15,083 nucleotides of DNA from Thermotogota bacterium (lineage in GTDB: Bacteria > Thermotogota > Thermotogae > Petrotogales > Kosmotogaceae): the NCBI GenBank assembly GCA_034660555.1, contig JAYEJL010000058.1, positions 1 to 15,083 on the forward strand, given 5' to 3'. The notes beneath the pieces are model-generated. The model saw nothing but the letters and a program-made list of their open reading frames with translations, did no database searches and had not been told where the DNA came from. Positions 14,720-15,083 of the stretch are shown one piece after another. Made by a program: the position numbers and the translations under genes. How positions within the stretch are numbered: position 1 is the stretch's first letter; each line of letters begins with the position of its first letter.

Positions 14720-15083
14720 GTGTGCCAAGAAGACAAGAAGGAGGTCTTTGCTTTCGAGCCATGCTTAATCGGAGATGAGGGAGGGCCCCTCGAAGTCGTC
14801 ATACAGGTGAAGGCTTCAAACCACCGTAAGCTGCTGTGGTAAAGAGCCATGGTAGTGAGCGTTACGGAAAAGGCGGGACACGATCCTATCAGGTAAGTGC
14901 CAGAGGAGACAAATACAAGTGAATCACCGTGAACGTGTCGTAACATTTACTAGTGTCATCGAAACCGGATTGGGGCTAAGAATCCGGGACAAATCTGGAG
15001 GGAACCTGTTTACTCTCCAGATGGTGGCCGGCATAGAGGTGGCGTGACCCTGGTACAGGCTCTGATTAGGAACTTGGGAACCT
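14720..15083 (+). mobile_element. 5' portion (domain I onward) of a group II intron, RmInt1-like bacterial class D; continues beyond the window
   Basis: Starts GTGTG (GUGYG consensus) in GC-richer sequence. Blocks GCTGCTGTGGTAAAGAGCCATGGTAGTGAGCG, AAGTGAA, AGTGTCATCGAAACC, GGGACAA and CCGGCATAGAGGTGGCGTGA..AGGCT..GGAACT..GGAACC are colinear with RmInt1 as I recall it. EBS1 loop GGCTAAG (14974-14980) is complementary to the exon end CTTAGTC (14713-14719). Confidence 0.92.

Noticed and set aside
14560..14946. 128-aa minus-strand ORF
   Set aside because: Antisense to structured group II intron RNA and the repeat tract, with no protein motif.
1..15083. CRISPR array, tRNA/rRNA or DGR template-variable repeat pair
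   Set aside because: By eye I saw no regularly spaced repeats, cloverleafs or long adenine-mismatched repeat pairs.

Overview
AT-rich bacterial window; the gene content suggests Thermotogota, but that is only an inference. The left edge holds the 5' end of a probable IS256-family element (minus strand). Next to it is a 244-bp internally deleted IS200/IS605-type element that keeps both TnpA hairpin ends and the tnpB 3'-end omega-RNA scaffold but no nuclease gene. The middle carries a trypsin-like protease, a DUF4438 protein, and a coupled operon of two paralogous long ArsR-type regulators plus a HAD phosphatase. That operon diverges from an unannotated ~220-nt transcription unit with a near-consensus sigma70 promoter under repeated TTCGA-N6-TCGAA operators, a 33-codon ORF, a C-rich 3' tail and an intrinsic terminator. 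Further right are a pilin-like membrane protein, a PAS-PAS-GAF-GGDEF diguanylate cyclase, a VanZ-like protein, a SARP/BTAD regulator with a degenerate GGDEF-like RxxD domain, an amylo-alpha-1,6-glucosidase and a three-gene type IV minor-pilin cluster whose middle gene appears to need an ATT start. The right edge is the 5' part of an RmInt1-like (class D) group II intron starting at 14720, with visible EBS1-IBS1 pairing. All family calls come from motifs recognised by eye; no database search was run.
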